Program-made: the position numbers and the translations under genes | The notes under the pieces: model-generated | The model's database searches: none | Told to the model about the DNA's origin: nothing | What the model saw: only the letters and a program-made list of their open reading frames with translations | NCBI RefSeq assembly: GCF_002087085.1 | Contig: NZ_MWQY01000010.1 | Coordinates: forward strand, 1 to 64,000 | Direction: 5' to 3' | Length of the DNA stretch: 64,000 nt | Part shown: piece by piece, positions 19,464 through 29,548 of the stretch | Layout of the letters: the number at the start of each line of letters is the position of its first letter | How positions within the stretch are numbered: position 1 is the stretch's first letter

Positions 19464-20885
19464 ATGCCCGAAGCGAACCAGACTCCCACACCATCTGTAA
19501 AAGATCTCCTTTCCACCCCGGCAAGCAATCAGCCGACAGTCCTCAACGCATGGGTCAGAACCAGGCGGGATTCAAAGAACCTCGTCTTTCTGGCCCTGAG
19601 CGACGGCTCCTGCCTCAGCACAATTCAGGCGGTGATCGACAAGGAGCAGGGAAGCTGGGACGAGAAGCTCCTTGCAAAGGTGAACACCGGTGCCGGAATT
19701 CAGGTTCAGGGAAGCCTGACGGCATCTCCGGGATCCGGACAGGCCGTTGAAATCCAGGCCACCGGGATCAGTCTTTACGGAGAAGCCCCCCAGGAAAGTT
19801 ACCCGCTCCAGAAGAAGCGCCACTCCTTCGAATTCTTGCGGGAGATAGCCCATCTTCGCCCAAGGACCAACACCTTCGGGGCTGTGGCCAGGGTACGCAA
19901 TGCCATGAGTTTCGCGATTCATCGTTTCTTTCAGGAACGGGGCTTTTTTTACGTTCACACCCCGATAATCACCGGGGTCGATGCGGAAGGTGCGGGACAG
20001 ATGTTCCGGGTCACCACCCTGCCGCCGGAGAATCCGCCCCGGAAAGAAGGAAGCACCGACTTCAGCCGTGACTTCTTCGGGCGGCCGACCTATCTGGCCG
20101 TAACCGGGCAGCTGGAAGCCGAAGCCTATGCCCTCTCCATGGGCAGGGTCTATACCTTCGGCCCCACCTTCCGGGCCGAGAACTCCAACACCACCCGGCA
20201 TCTGGCGGAGTTCTGGATGATCGAACCGGAAGTCGCCTTCTGCGATATCAACTGCAACATGGACCTGGCAGAGGATTTCCTCAAGTTCATTATTTCCACC
20301 GTACTCGAGGAATGCCGGGAGGATATGGCCTTTTTTAACCAGTGGATACAGAAGGGAATAATCGACGTCCTTAAAGAGGTGGTCACGAAAAAGTTCGCCC
20401 GGGTCAGCTATACCGAAGCCATGAAAGAGCTTGAAAAGGCCCAGGACTCCGGAAGCGCCTCTTTTGATTTTCCTGTTCAGTGGGGTGCTGACCTTCAGTC
20501 GGAGCATGAAAAGTTCCTGACCGAGACGGTATACAAGGGGCCTGTTATCGTTACCGACTATCCCAAAGAGATCAAGGCCTTTTACATGAAGCAGAACGGG
20601 GACGGTAAAACCGTCCGGGCAATGGATGTCCTTGTTCCCCGGCTGGGAGAGATAATCGGCGGTTCCGAGCGCGAGGCGGACCTGTCGAAACTCGAAGCGC
20701 GCATGGATGAGCTGGGGATGCACAAGGAGGACTACAGCTGGTACCTGGAGCTGCGCAAATACGGTTCCGTGCCCCACTCCGGCTTTGGTCTCGGCTTCGA
20801 ACGGCTTATCCAGTACATTACCGGAATGCAGAATATCCGCGACGTGATTCCCTTTCCCCGGACCGTGAAGTCCGCAGAATTCTAA
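19464..20885 (+). CDS. asnS: Asparagine--tRNA ligase
   Basis: [48 protein letters not shown]. Confidence 0.97.
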   Translation: MPEANQTPTPSVKDLLSTPASNQPTVLNAWVRTRRDSKNLVFLALSDGSCLSTIQAVIDKEQGSWDEKLLAKVNTGAGIQVQGSLTASPGSGQAVEIQATGISLYGEAPQESYPLQKKRHSFEFLREIAHLRPRTNTFGAVARVRNAMSFAIHRFFQERGFFYVHTPIITGVDAEGAGQMFRVTTLPPENPPRKEGSTDFSRDFFGRPTYLAVTGQLEAEAYALSMGRVYTFGPTFRAENSNTTRHLAEFWMIEPEVAFCDINCNMDLAEDFLKFIISTVLEECREDMAFFNQWIQKGIIDVLKEVVTKKFARVSYTEAMKELEKAQDSGSASFDFPVQWGADLQSEHEKFLTETVYKGPVIVTDYPKEIKAFYMKQNGDGKTVRAMDVLVPRLGEIIGGSEREADLSKLEARMDELGMHKEDYSWYLELRKYGSVPHSGFGLGFERLIQYITGMQNIRDVIPFPRTVKSAEF

Positions 20886-20914
20886 ACCGGCCCGGGCCGA
20901 ATACGGAGGCGCCT

Positions 20915-23203
20915 ATGGGTTTACGGGAACGAGGGGTTGAGCTTCTTCAGCACATAAAGGGCTGGTCTAGGAAGCTCGATAAAAACAGGAGACCCCTGGA
21001 CGGCAGTACTGTAATCACCGCCGAGTTCGATCCGCATGCTACCGGGCAGTCGGAGGAGGCCCGGCTCCGGACCCTTGGTACCTTCGGGGGAGTCTTTACC
21101 CCCAGTTTTCTGACTATAATCGGTGTAATCATGTATCTGCGTTTCGGCTGGATCGTCGGAAACGCAGGTTTATATGGAACCCTGGCAATCGTATTTCTGG
21201 CAAATACCATAACCTTCATAACCGCCCTGTCCGTATCCAGCATCGGCTCCAACGAGCGCATGGAAACCGGGGGGGCCTATTTCATGATCAACAGGGTCCT
21301 CGGATTTCTGCCCGGTGGAGCTGTGGGGATTCCCCTCTATCTGAGCCAGGCACTCTCCATTGCCCTGTACATCATAGGTTTCTCGGAATCCCTGGCAAAC
21401 GTCGTCCCTGCCTGGGATATCCGAATCATCGCTCTTGCAACCCTGGGATTCCTCAGCCTGCTGGCTCTGATCGGTGCCGCCTTTATGGTAAGGATTCAAT
21501 ACATTATCCTGAGCCTCATTATCCTGAGCTTCGTCTCCATCGCCGCCGGGTTCCGGCCGGTCTTCTCCAATCTTGAACCCTCCTATCTGGAGGGTGTGAG
21601 CTTCTGGGGTGTGTTTGCCGTATTCTTTCCGGCGGTAACCGGAATTCTTTCCGGTGTATCCATGTCCGGAGACCTCAAGAACCCCGGAAAAAGTATTCCC
21701 AGGGGGACCCTTGCAGCGGTAGCTGTGGGCTTTATCGTCTACCTTCTGGTTCCCGTCATGCTTGCCTTCTCGGTGGCCAGGGATGATCTTTTTGCATCCT
21801 CTTCTCTGGTTGCCGCATCCCGCTGGCCTCTTCTTGTTACCCTGGGGGTATTCGGCGCCACCCTGAGTTCCGCCATAGGAGTCCTCCTCGCAGCCCCGAG
21901 GACCATGCAGGCCCTGGGCTCGGACGGCGCCCTGCCGCGGATCTTCGGTTCGGGGGTCGGAAAAACCCGGGAACCTATACTCGGACTTTCCGTTTCGGTA
22001 TTGATTGCCCTGGGGGCAATCGTCATGGGTAACCTGAATGCGGTGGCGGAAGTACTGACCATGTTCTTTCTTACCACCTACGGTGTCCTGAACCTGGCGG
22101 CGGGAATGGAAAAACTTGTAGGGAACCCCTCCTTCCGGCCCTCCATCAGCATTCCCTGGTGGATCAGTTTCATGGGGGCCGCGGGATGTTTCGGTGTCAT
22201 GTTCCTGATAAACACCCCCGCCACCCTGGTCGCCCTTGCCCTGGTGGTGCTGGTCTTTTTTCTGCTGAGTATCCGTGCACGGAATCTGGATCCCGGAAGC
22301 CCGGGTATATGGGAAGGGTTCTGGACAGGGCTCTTCTTTACCGTCTCCCGCAAGCTCGCGAAGACCCGCAGCCGTTCCGGAAAAAACTGGCGGCCCCTGA
22401 TTCAGATTTTTGCCGCGGAGATTGCCAGTCATGCAGAGATAATAAGCCTGGCGGCCCTCTTTACCCGCCACAGCGGGGCCCTGGCGATCTATGCCGTACG
22501 GGACCCGGCTTCTCCCCAGTCAAGGGACGAGATGCAGCATGAATTGGATTCCTTCAATGAAACCCTGCATCACAGAAACATCTTTACCACCATGGTGGAG
22601 ACGAGGAACCTCTTCGACGGAATCCTTATCTCCTCCCAGTCTGCCGCCTTTGCGGGAGGAGCCTACAACACGGTCATGCTCGGTTTTCCCTCCGGCACAA
22701 AGCAGGACCGGGATTATGCCGGGCTGCTTATGGGTTTAAGCTCCCTGGATAAGAACATCCTCCTGTTCAAACGCGGAACGATTTCCTGGCACTTCAGCTC
22801 CGACCCGGTGATTGTCTGGTGGGGAGGACAGGAGCAGAACGTCCGGCTCATGCTCTTTCTGGCCCATCTTGTTCAGCGGAACTCAGCTCAGCACAAGCGC
22901 ATCCGACTGGGAACCATAGTCTCCAGCGAGGAGGACATGCCCGCAGCAGAGGCCAGACTGGCTTCCACCCTGCAGGAGCTGAGGATGCAGGGCGAGATTT
23001 TCATCGTTCCGAACCCGGAAAAACGTCAGTTGTGCGATGTCATTGAAGAAAACTCCAGGGAGAGTTCCCTGGTACTGCTGGGAATGGCCAAACCCCGGGA
23101 AGAGACCCTGGGCAGCTATCTGCCGGGTCTGCGTACAATCGCCGGGGACCTTCAGAACCTTCTGTTCGTCCTGAGCAATATTCCCGAACAGGAATACGAA
23201 TAA
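20915..23203 (+). CDS. Cation-chloride cotransporter (SLC12/CCC-like) amino acid permease
   Basis: LGTFGGVF, GVIMYLR, GGAYFMI, FFPAVTG...MSGDLKNP, NWRP, VWWGG cytoplasmic domain. Confidence 0.87.
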   Translation: MGLRERGVELLQHIKGWSRKLDKNRRPLDGSTVITAEFDPHATGQSEEARLRTLGTFGGVFTPSFLTIIGVIMYLRFGWIVGNAGLYGTLAIVFLANTITFITALSVSSIGSNERMETGGAYFMINRVLGFLPGGAVGIPLYLSQALSIALYIIGFSESLANVVPAWDIRIIALATLGFLSLLALIGAAFMVRIQYIILSLIILSFVSIAAGFRPVFSNLEPSYLEGVSFWGVFAVFFPAVTGILSGVSMSGDLKNPGKSIPRGTLAAVAVGFIVYLLVPVMLAFSVARDDLFASSSLVAASRWPLLVTLGVFGATLSSAIGVLLAAPRTMQALGSDGALPRIFGSGVGKTREPILGLSVSVLIALGAIVMGNLNAVAEVLTMFFLTTYGVLNLAAGMEKLVGNPSFRPSISIPWWISFMGAAGCFGVMFLINTPATLVALALVVLVFFLLSIRARNLDPGSPGIWEGFWTGLFFTVSRKLAKTRSRSGKNWRPLIQIFAAEIASHAEIISLAALFTRHSGALAIYAVRDPASPQSRDEMQHELDSFNETLHHRNIFTTMVETRNLFDGILISSQSAAFAGGAYNTVMLGFPSGTKQDRDYAGLLMGLSSLDKNILLFKRGTISWHFSSDPVIVWWGGQEQNVRLMLFLAHLVQRNSAQHKRIRLGTIVSSEEDMPAAEARLASTLQELRMQGEIFIVPNPEKRQLCDVIEENSRESSLVLLGMAKPREETLGSYLPGLRTIAGDLQNLLFVLSNIPEQEYE

Positions 23204-23221
23204 GCCGTATCCCGAAGGGCT

Positions 23222-24493
23222 TCAGTCCGTCACAGACTCCGGGGAATACCTTTTTCCGGAGATTGCCAGGAGGGCGATGAAAACCAGGACCAGTGCTGCG
23301 TAAACAAGGGCGGTGACGGAAAAGGCGCTTTGAAAGCCGTAGCGGTCGATTCCCATGCCTATCAGGGGAGTCAGGGTCGCACCACCGACCATTCCGGCGG
23401 CATAATAGATTCCCAGCACGCTGGAGCGCTTCCGGGGTGATACGTTTTCGATGATAAAGGCTTCGGAAACCGGCATCCGGGCAAAAAGGACTACCCCGAA
23501 ACCCATCATTATTACGTAGGTCAGCGGGCCGTATGGAACAAGGGTGACAAGACCGATGACGGGAATCAGCAGCAGACTCATGGCTACCAGTACCGAGACA
23601 CGGCCGATTCTGTCGGAAAAATATCCGCTCAAAGGAGCTGCCCAGAAGCCGACGGAATAGATAATCGACAGGGTCATGGCCGCAGCCTTTTCATCCACAT
23701 GAAAAAAATCGAGCATGACCATGGGAGTGAAGGTAATACAGGCCTGCCCGAAGGAGGTGGCAGCGCTGGTCAGAGCGATAAAAGCGACCAGGCGAAGGGA
23801 TTTCGTCCAGTCCCCGGGCGGAACGATCCGGGTGTGAATATGGGTCGGAGACGGAGCATCCGGCAGTTCCGATGCAGCCCCGGCTGTTTCTGCGGCTGAA
23901 GGTCTGGGAGCCGCTCCGATGCCGATTCGACCAAGAAAAAGAAAAAAGAACACCCCGAAAACAAAGACCGGCAGAGCGGTTCCCAGAAAGGCACCGCGCC
24001 AGCCCCAGAGCATCGCCAGACTGATGCCGATAACCGGAGAAATAAAATGGCTCATGGAACCGCCGATAACATGGAAGCCCAGGGCCTTTCCCCTGTGGGA
24101 CTCTCCCACGGCGCCTATGATCAGGGGAGGCGCGGCGGGGTGGTATCCTCCCCCGGCAAGTCCCATGAGGACAAGAAAAAGAATCAGCAGCGGAAGTCCG
24201 GTGGAGAGCCCCACCATAGCACCGGCCAGAGCGACGCCGGCAAGCCCGATGGTCATGACAATCCGGGCACCGACCTTGTCGGCCAGCCAGCCGGCGGGAA
24301 GCTGCCCCAGCCCGTTGGAAAAGTTGAACGCCGCAGCGACCAGGCCCGCTGCGGTGTAGGAGAGGCTAAAGGTATCCCGGATAAAAGGGAGCATGGGAAT
24401 GACCAGGGCCGTCAGCAGATGATGGGAAAAGTGGGACAGAATGAACAGGGTTACAAACCCTGCAAGACGAAGGGTGAGTCCTTTTTGCGCCAC
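23222..24493 (-). CDS. MFS transporter (Fsr-like)
   Basis: About 12 TM segments, GWLADKVG and GYFSDRIG motif A, GGYHP; GTG 24493 preceded by AAGGAG. Confidence 0.87.
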   Translation of the reverse strand: MAQKGLTLRLAGFVTLFILSHFSHHLLTALVIPMLPFIRDTFSLSYTAAGLVAAAFNFSNGLGQLPAGWLADKVGARIVMTIGLAGVALAGAMVGLSTGLPLLILFLVLMGLAGGGYHPAAPPLIIGAVGESHRGKALGFHVIGGSMSHFISPVIGISLAMLWGWRGAFLGTALPVFVFGVFFFLFLGRIGIGAAPRPSAAETAGAASELPDAPSPTHIHTRIVPPGDWTKSLRLVAFIALTSAATSFGQACITFTPMVMLDFFHVDEKAAAMTLSIIYSVGFWAAPLSGYFSDRIGRVSVLVAMSLLLIPVIGLVTLVPYGPLTYVIMMGFGVVLFARMPVSEAFIIENVSPRKRSSVLGIYYAAGMVGGATLTPLIGMGIDRYGFQSAFSVTALVYAALVLVFIALLAISGKRYSPESVTD

Positions 24494-24619
24494 GCTGCCA
24501 GGCTCCTTGTCGGTGGTATGCAGCAAGTATACAATCGAAGGTTCAGGAATGCAAGTGGGAGAACAAAAAGAGACTGCAATCGTTTGACAGGGAAAGATTC
24601 TGTTTCTAAAATTTCTAGG

Positions 24620-25360
24620 GTGAAAAGGCAAATATTCGGACTTATTGTCATCAGCATGATATTTACCTATGTTCTTCATGGAGAGAACAGGATATATACC
24701 GTAAGTACTTCCTACAACAATCTCCTCTCCAATGAAAAGCACGATGGAATGCTGGATAGGATCATACAGGAAACCTTCAGACGGGCCGGTCTCGAATGTA
24801 TGATTGTGTACCGACAAACGGATCAGTCCCTGTTCGATGTCAACGCCGGGCTCCTGGATGCGGAGATCAATCGTATTGCCGGCATGGAGACCTCCTTCCC
24901 GAATCTGTTGCACCTTACCGAGCCCAATATGACCATGCATTTCGTCGCCTTCGCAAAACATGAGTTCCCCATTGACGGATGGAAAAGCATCAGGAACCTG
25001 AATGTCGGTGTAGTGCGGGGCTGGAAGATACTGGAATGGCATACCGATGGCTTTCCGAAGGTGGTGTACGTGCCGACGGAGAAGGAACTGTTCAGAATGC
25101 TTGACCTTGGACGCCTCGATATCGCTCTCTACTCAAAACTCACAGGTTACGCCGCGTTGAGGGAGTACAAGTATCAGAATATCCGGCACCTGGAGCCTCC
25201 CCTGGAAAGCCAGGAGATGTTCCTGTACCTTCATTCAAAAAACAGTCACCTTATTCCGGGACTGGATGCTGCCCTGAAGAGCATGAAAAACGACGGGAGC
25301 TATGATCGGATCGTGCGGGAGACCCTGGACCGTTATCTGGGTCACGAGCGGTTTGATTGA
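24620..25360 (+). CDS. Amino-acid-type (family 3) solute-binding protein
   Basis: Signal peptide from GTG 24620, VGVVRGW, LDLGRLD, LKSMKNDGSYDRI; overlaps kinase start. Confidence 0.8.
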   Translation: MKRQIFGLIVISMIFTYVLHGENRIYTVSTSYNNLLSNEKHDGMLDRIIQETFRRAGLECMIVYRQTDQSLFDVNAGLLDAEINRIAGMETSFPNLLHLTEPNMTMHFVAFAKHEFPIDGWKSIRNLNVGVVRGWKILEWHTDGFPKVVYVPTEKELFRMLDLGRLDIALYSKLTGYAALREYKYQNIRHLEPPLESQEMFLYLHSKNSHLIPGLDAALKSMKNDGSYDRIVRETLDRYLGHERFD

Positions 25361-26784
25361 TGAAAGCACTCCAGTCGAAATTCACCTCCCTGGGGTATCG
25401 ATTTGCCCTGTACATTTTCCTTGTTTTCCTGCTCATCGGAATCCTGTTTTCCGTGGTCAGTATGTTAGCATCCCTGGACAGACAGATAACACGGATCGAG
25501 GGATACCTGAACGATATACTGGCTGAAAGCATTCCACACATTACCCGAGACCTGTGGATAACCGACTACTCTCAGGTGTATCACCAACTGCGGTTGATTC
25601 AGGTATTTCCCTATGTTGAGCGTGTGGAAGTGCATTACATCGGAAGTCAGATAATAACAGTGGGAGACATACAACGCGAGCATTACCGCCTCAGGAAATA
25701 TCCCCTTATCTATGAATATGATGAACAGAATAAAGAGCTCGGCGTTCTGACAGTGTTCATTGACTATAAACAAATGCAGGAAGAGATCCTCTCCGCCAGG
25801 ATACTGGAATTCACCCTGCATCTGCTCCTTGTAATCGTATTGGCCGCCGCCGTGGCGGTCCTTTTTAGATTCATGCTTGGAAGGCACCTGGTTTATATGA
25901 CATCCTTTATTCAGCAAAACACCGATGCAGAACAGTGGAGCCCCCTGTGTCTTGAACGCAGAACGATATTTAATGATGAATTAAGCCTGCTCACGGAGGC
26001 CTTCAATTCTTTTCAGAAGGAAAAATCTTCCATACTTGAACAGAAAACAGACCTGTCGCTAAGAATGGAAGAACTGGCCAGAGACAAGGAGACCTTTCTT
26101 TCCATAATTTCTCATGATCTGCGTTCACCTGTCTCGGGTTTTAAAAATCTTACATCCCTGCTGGTACAGGACTTCGAGAGACTGGATACGAAAGAGCTGC
26201 GGACCATGCTTATTGAACTGGAAAAAGCAGGATCCCGGGTCTACGATCTCCTGGAAAACCTGCTCGAGTGGTCCGCCCTTGAACGGGGTAAACTCGTTCC
26301 AAGAAAGGACAGGCTCCCCGCATGCCTCCTCCTGCAGAACGCCTTTGAGAACATGGAACATCATGCCCGAACAAAGAACATCACTTTGAATATCTCCTGC
26401 CCGGAGGATTGTTTCATTGCAGGAGACGAGCGGATGACCATGGTCGTACTGCGCAACCTGATCTCCAATGCGATCAAATATACCCCCGTCGGGGGATCGG
26501 TCCATGGGGAAATATCCAAAGTCGACTCCATGGTGCGTTTCGTTGTTTCCGATACGGGAACAGGCATGGAGCCGGAAACAGCTGCGAAACTCTTCGACCG
26601 GAGGCAGAAGATCTCCTCTGTCGGAACGGAAGGAGAAAAGGGGGCCGGTATCGGTACAGTGCTGGCGGCAGATTTCATTGCACTGCAGCAGGGAAAAATA
26701 TGGGCCCGGAGCGAACCGGGGAACGGGACCCGTGTATGCTTTACCCTGAGGGAATGGAAAAATGGTGAACCGGCTTCGCCATAA
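25360..26784 (+). CDS. Membrane sensor histidine kinase
   Basis: Two TMs, ISHDLRSP, NLISNAIKY, DTGTG, GAGIG boxes. Confidence 0.9.
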   Translation: MKALQSKFTSLGYRFALYIFLVFLLIGILFSVVSMLASLDRQITRIEGYLNDILAESIPHITRDLWITDYSQVYHQLRLIQVFPYVERVEVHYIGSQIITVGDIQREHYRLRKYPLIYEYDEQNKELGVLTVFIDYKQMQEEILSARILEFTLHLLLVIVLAAAVAVLFRFMLGRHLVYMTSFIQQNTDAEQWSPLCLERRTIFNDELSLLTEAFNSFQKEKSSILEQKTDLSLRMEELARDKETFLSIISHDLRSPVSGFKNLTSLLVQDFERLDTKELRTMLIELEKAGSRVYDLLENLLEWSALERGKLVPRKDRLPACLLLQNAFENMEHHARTKNITLNISCPEDCFIAGDERMTMVVLRNLISNAIKYTPVGGSVHGEISKVDSMVRFVVSDTGTGMEPETAAKLFDRRQKISSVGTEGEKGAGIGTVLAADFIALQQGKIWARSEPGNGTRVCFTLREWKNGEPASP

Positions 26785-26913
26785 AGAGAGGCCTATACAT
26801 TACTATTACGATAATGTATAATTGAATCGATCTGAACGGCCCGGGGCTTTCCATAGCGGAGATTGTTCAGTATCTTCTACCAGTCAATCATTACAGCTCA
26901 AGGAAGTTAACAG

Positions 26914-28080
26914 ATGGAACGGGTTTATCTCGACAACAACGCAACCACAATGGTGGACCCAAAGGTCAAACAGGCCATGGATCCCTATTATATGCAGCAG
27001 TACGGCAACCCCAATTCACTGCACAGCTTCGGAACGGAGGTCCATCCGGAGATGAGCATCGCCCTCGACCGTCTCTATGAGGGTATCGGTGCAGCGGATG
27101 AGGACGATATAATAATCAACGCCTGCGCAACCGAAGGAAACAATACGGTTTTACAAGGCATCTGGTCCGGAAAACTGAAGGAGAACCGGCCCTTCCATCT
27201 GGTGATAAGTCAGATCGAACACCCCAGCATAGCCCACACCGCAGACTGGCTGGAATCTATGGGCGTCCGGGTAACCCGTCTGCCGGTGGACGAACAGGGA
27301 CTGGTTACGCCGGAAATTCTGAAGGAGCATGTCTCCCGGGGTAGCGCGGACCTTGTCAGTATTATGTGGGCCAATAACGAAACAGGACTGATCAATCCGG
27401 TTCAGGACCTCTGCAGAACCGCCCACGACATGGGGGCACTTTTTCATACCGACGCAGTACAGGCGGTGGGGAAGATCCCGGTCAATGTGGGAGAACTGGG
27501 ATGTGATTACCTGACCTTCAGTGCCCACAAGTTTCACGGTCCCAAAGGCGTTGGAGGACTCTTCGTAAAGCGGGGGGCCCCGCCGGTCAGCCTGCTGTAC
27601 GGAGGCGAACAGATGGGAGGCAAACGGGCGGGTACCGTTAATGTTGCCTACATGATCGGAATGGGACTGGCCATGAAGCTTGCAACGGATGCTCTGGACT
27701 ATGAAAATACGAAGGTCAGGGAACTCAGGGACCGACTGGAAGACGCCCTTAAAAGGATTCCTGACACCGTTATCCTCGGCCGTCGGGAAAACCGGACGCC
27801 CAATACCATCCTGGTGAGTTTCAAGGGCATCGAGGGCGAGGCTTTTCTGTGGGACCTGAACACCAACGGCATTGCCGCCAGTACCGGGAGCGCCTGCTCT
27901 TCGGAAGACCTGGAGGCCGATGCAACCCTCAGGGCAATGAAACTGGGGGCCGACCTGGCCCACACGGCGGTCCGTTTTTCTTTGAGCCGGTTTACCACTG
28001 ACGAAGAAATTGATTATACAATAGAAACAATCCGGAAAGTCGTCCAGCGGCTGCGGAGCATTTCCAGCACCTATAGTTAA
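26914..28080 (+). CDS. nifS: Cysteine desulfurase, NifS type
   Basis: YLDNNATT, GNPNSLH, HTDAVQ, SAHKFHGPKG, STGSACSS. Confidence 0.93.
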   Translation: MERVYLDNNATTMVDPKVKQAMDPYYMQQYGNPNSLHSFGTEVHPEMSIALDRLYEGIGAADEDDIIINACATEGNNTVLQGIWSGKLKENRPFHLVISQIEHPSIAHTADWLESMGVRVTRLPVDEQGLVTPEILKEHVSRGSADLVSIMWANNETGLINPVQDLCRTAHDMGALFHTDAVQAVGKIPVNVGELGCDYLTFSAHKFHGPKGVGGLFVKRGAPPVSLLYGGEQMGGKRAGTVNVAYMIGMGLAMKLATDALDYENTKVRELRDRLEDALKRIPDTVILGRRENRTPNTILVSFKGIEGEAFLWDLNTNGIAASTGSACSSEDLEADATLRAMKLGADLAHTAVRFSLSRFTTDEEIDYTIETIRKVVQRLRSISSTYS

Positions 28081-28121
28081 ACGAACGCGGCGGCTTTACC
28101 GACCGTGAAAGAGGAGATACC

Positions 28122-29081
28122 ATGGCAAAAGGAGATCTTATCGGCGGCACCCTCTGGGACCAGTATTCCGGCAAGGTAGCCGACCGTATGAATAATCCCC
28201 GTCATCTGGGAGCAATAAGCGAAGAAGAGGCCGCAGCCTTGAACGCGGAACTCGTTGTTGCGGACTACGGGGCAGAAAGCTGCGGCGATGCGGTTCGCCT
28301 GTATTGGGCAGTGAACAGGGATTCGGGAAAAATAGTCAAAGCCAGCTTCAAAAGCTTCGGCTGCGGAACCGCCATAGCCTCCAGCGATATGATGGCGGAG
28401 CTGTGCCTCGGCAAAACCGTGGACGAGGCGGTCAGGATAACCAACATAGACGTGGAACACGCCCTCCGGGACAACCCGGATATACCGGCGGTTCCGCCCC
28501 AGAAGATGCACTGCTCGGTAATGGCCTACGACGTAATAAAAGCGGCGGCCGCCAAATTCAAGGGGGTTGACCTGAGTTCCCTTGAAGAGGAAGAAATCGT
28601 CTGCGAATGCGCCAGGGTCAGCCTGGGTACCATCCAGGAGGTTATCCGCCTGAACGATCTCAAGACCGTGGAAGAGATCACCGCCTACACCAAAGCCGGG
28701 GCCTTCTGCAAATCCTGTATTCGTCCCGGGGGACACGAAAGCCGTAAATACTACCTTGTGGACATTCTCAAGGAGACCCGGGCGAAGATGGAGGAAGAAA
28801 CCCTGGCAAGAGAGGATCTCCCCTTTGCCGCCCTGAGCCCCTTCAAGCAGGCAAAGGCGGTGGAAACCCTCTTTGACGCGGAGATACGTCCCGCCCTCAA
28901 GCAGGACGGCGGAAACGTGCAGATCGTCGATCTCTACATTTCCGAAGAGTGCCCGGTAGCAGAAATCAGTTACGAAGGCGCCTGTATAAGCTGCCCGGCC
29001 TCCGGTGTCGGGACCCTCGGTTTTATCGAGAAGATCCTGCAGGACAAACTGGATAAGCGTTTTCAGGTAAAAATAGTCTGA
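28122..29081 (+). CDS. nifU: Fe-S cluster assembly scaffold NifU (IscU + BFD-like + NifU-C domains)
   Basis: SCGD, FGCGTAIASS, KMHCSVM; VCEC...AFCKSC; DGG...GACISCP. Confidence 0.93.
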   Translation: MAKGDLIGGTLWDQYSGKVADRMNNPRHLGAISEEEAAALNAELVVADYGAESCGDAVRLYWAVNRDSGKIVKASFKSFGCGTAIASSDMMAELCLGKTVDEAVRITNIDVEHALRDNPDIPAVPPQKMHCSVMAYDVIKAAAAKFKGVDLSSLEEEEIVCECARVSLGTIQEVIRLNDLKTVEEITAYTKAGAFCKSCIRPGGHESRKYYLVDILKETRAKMEEETLAREDLPFAALSPFKQAKAVETLFDAEIRPALKQDGGNVQIVDLYISEECPVAEISYEGACISCPASGVGTLGFIEKILQDKLDKRFQVKIV

Positions 29082-29097
29082 GGGCAGCTCAAAAAAT

Positions 29098-29547
29098 CTA
29101 GCGGATACCCAGGCGGCGGAGTTCCCGGTCAAAACGGTCGGCAAAACGCTTGACCTCCGCCGCACTGTAGCTCCTGGTGCCGGAAGAGGACAGTCCCGCT
29201 TCCTTGAGCGCCAGGTTCCAGTTGCGCTGGGAGAGCCTTTCTTTGATTGTATCCCGGTCAAAGCGGTCTCCCCGGTCGTTGATTACCACTGCCTCCTTTT
29301 CTATAAGGCGGGCGGCCAGGGGGATGTCCCTGGTTATGGCCATATCACAGGGGGCAATGGACTCGAGGATATAATCGTCGGCGCTCTGCCCTTCATCCAC
29401 AACAAACATGCGGCAGAGCCGGCAGGGTTCAAATTCCACCACGCGGTTGGCCACGAAAACCGCTTCCAGTCCCTCTCTGCAGGCCGCCCGGGAGACTATG
29501 TCCCGAACCTTTCTCGGCAGGGAGTCCGCGTCAAGCCAGATGATCAT
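29098..29547 (-). CDS. YaiI/YqxD (DUF188, PIN-like) protein
   Basis: IWLDADS, VANR, ADDYI, ITRDIPLA motifs; start at ATG 29547. Confidence 0.88.
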   Translation of the reverse strand: MIIWLDADSLPRKVRDIVSRAACREGLEAVFVANRVVEFEPCRLCRMFVVDEGQSADDYILESIAPCDMAITRDIPLAARLIEKEAVVINDRGDRFDRDTIKERLSQRNWNLALKEAGLSSSGTRSYSAAEVKRFADRFDRELRRLGIR

Positions 29548-29548
29548 T

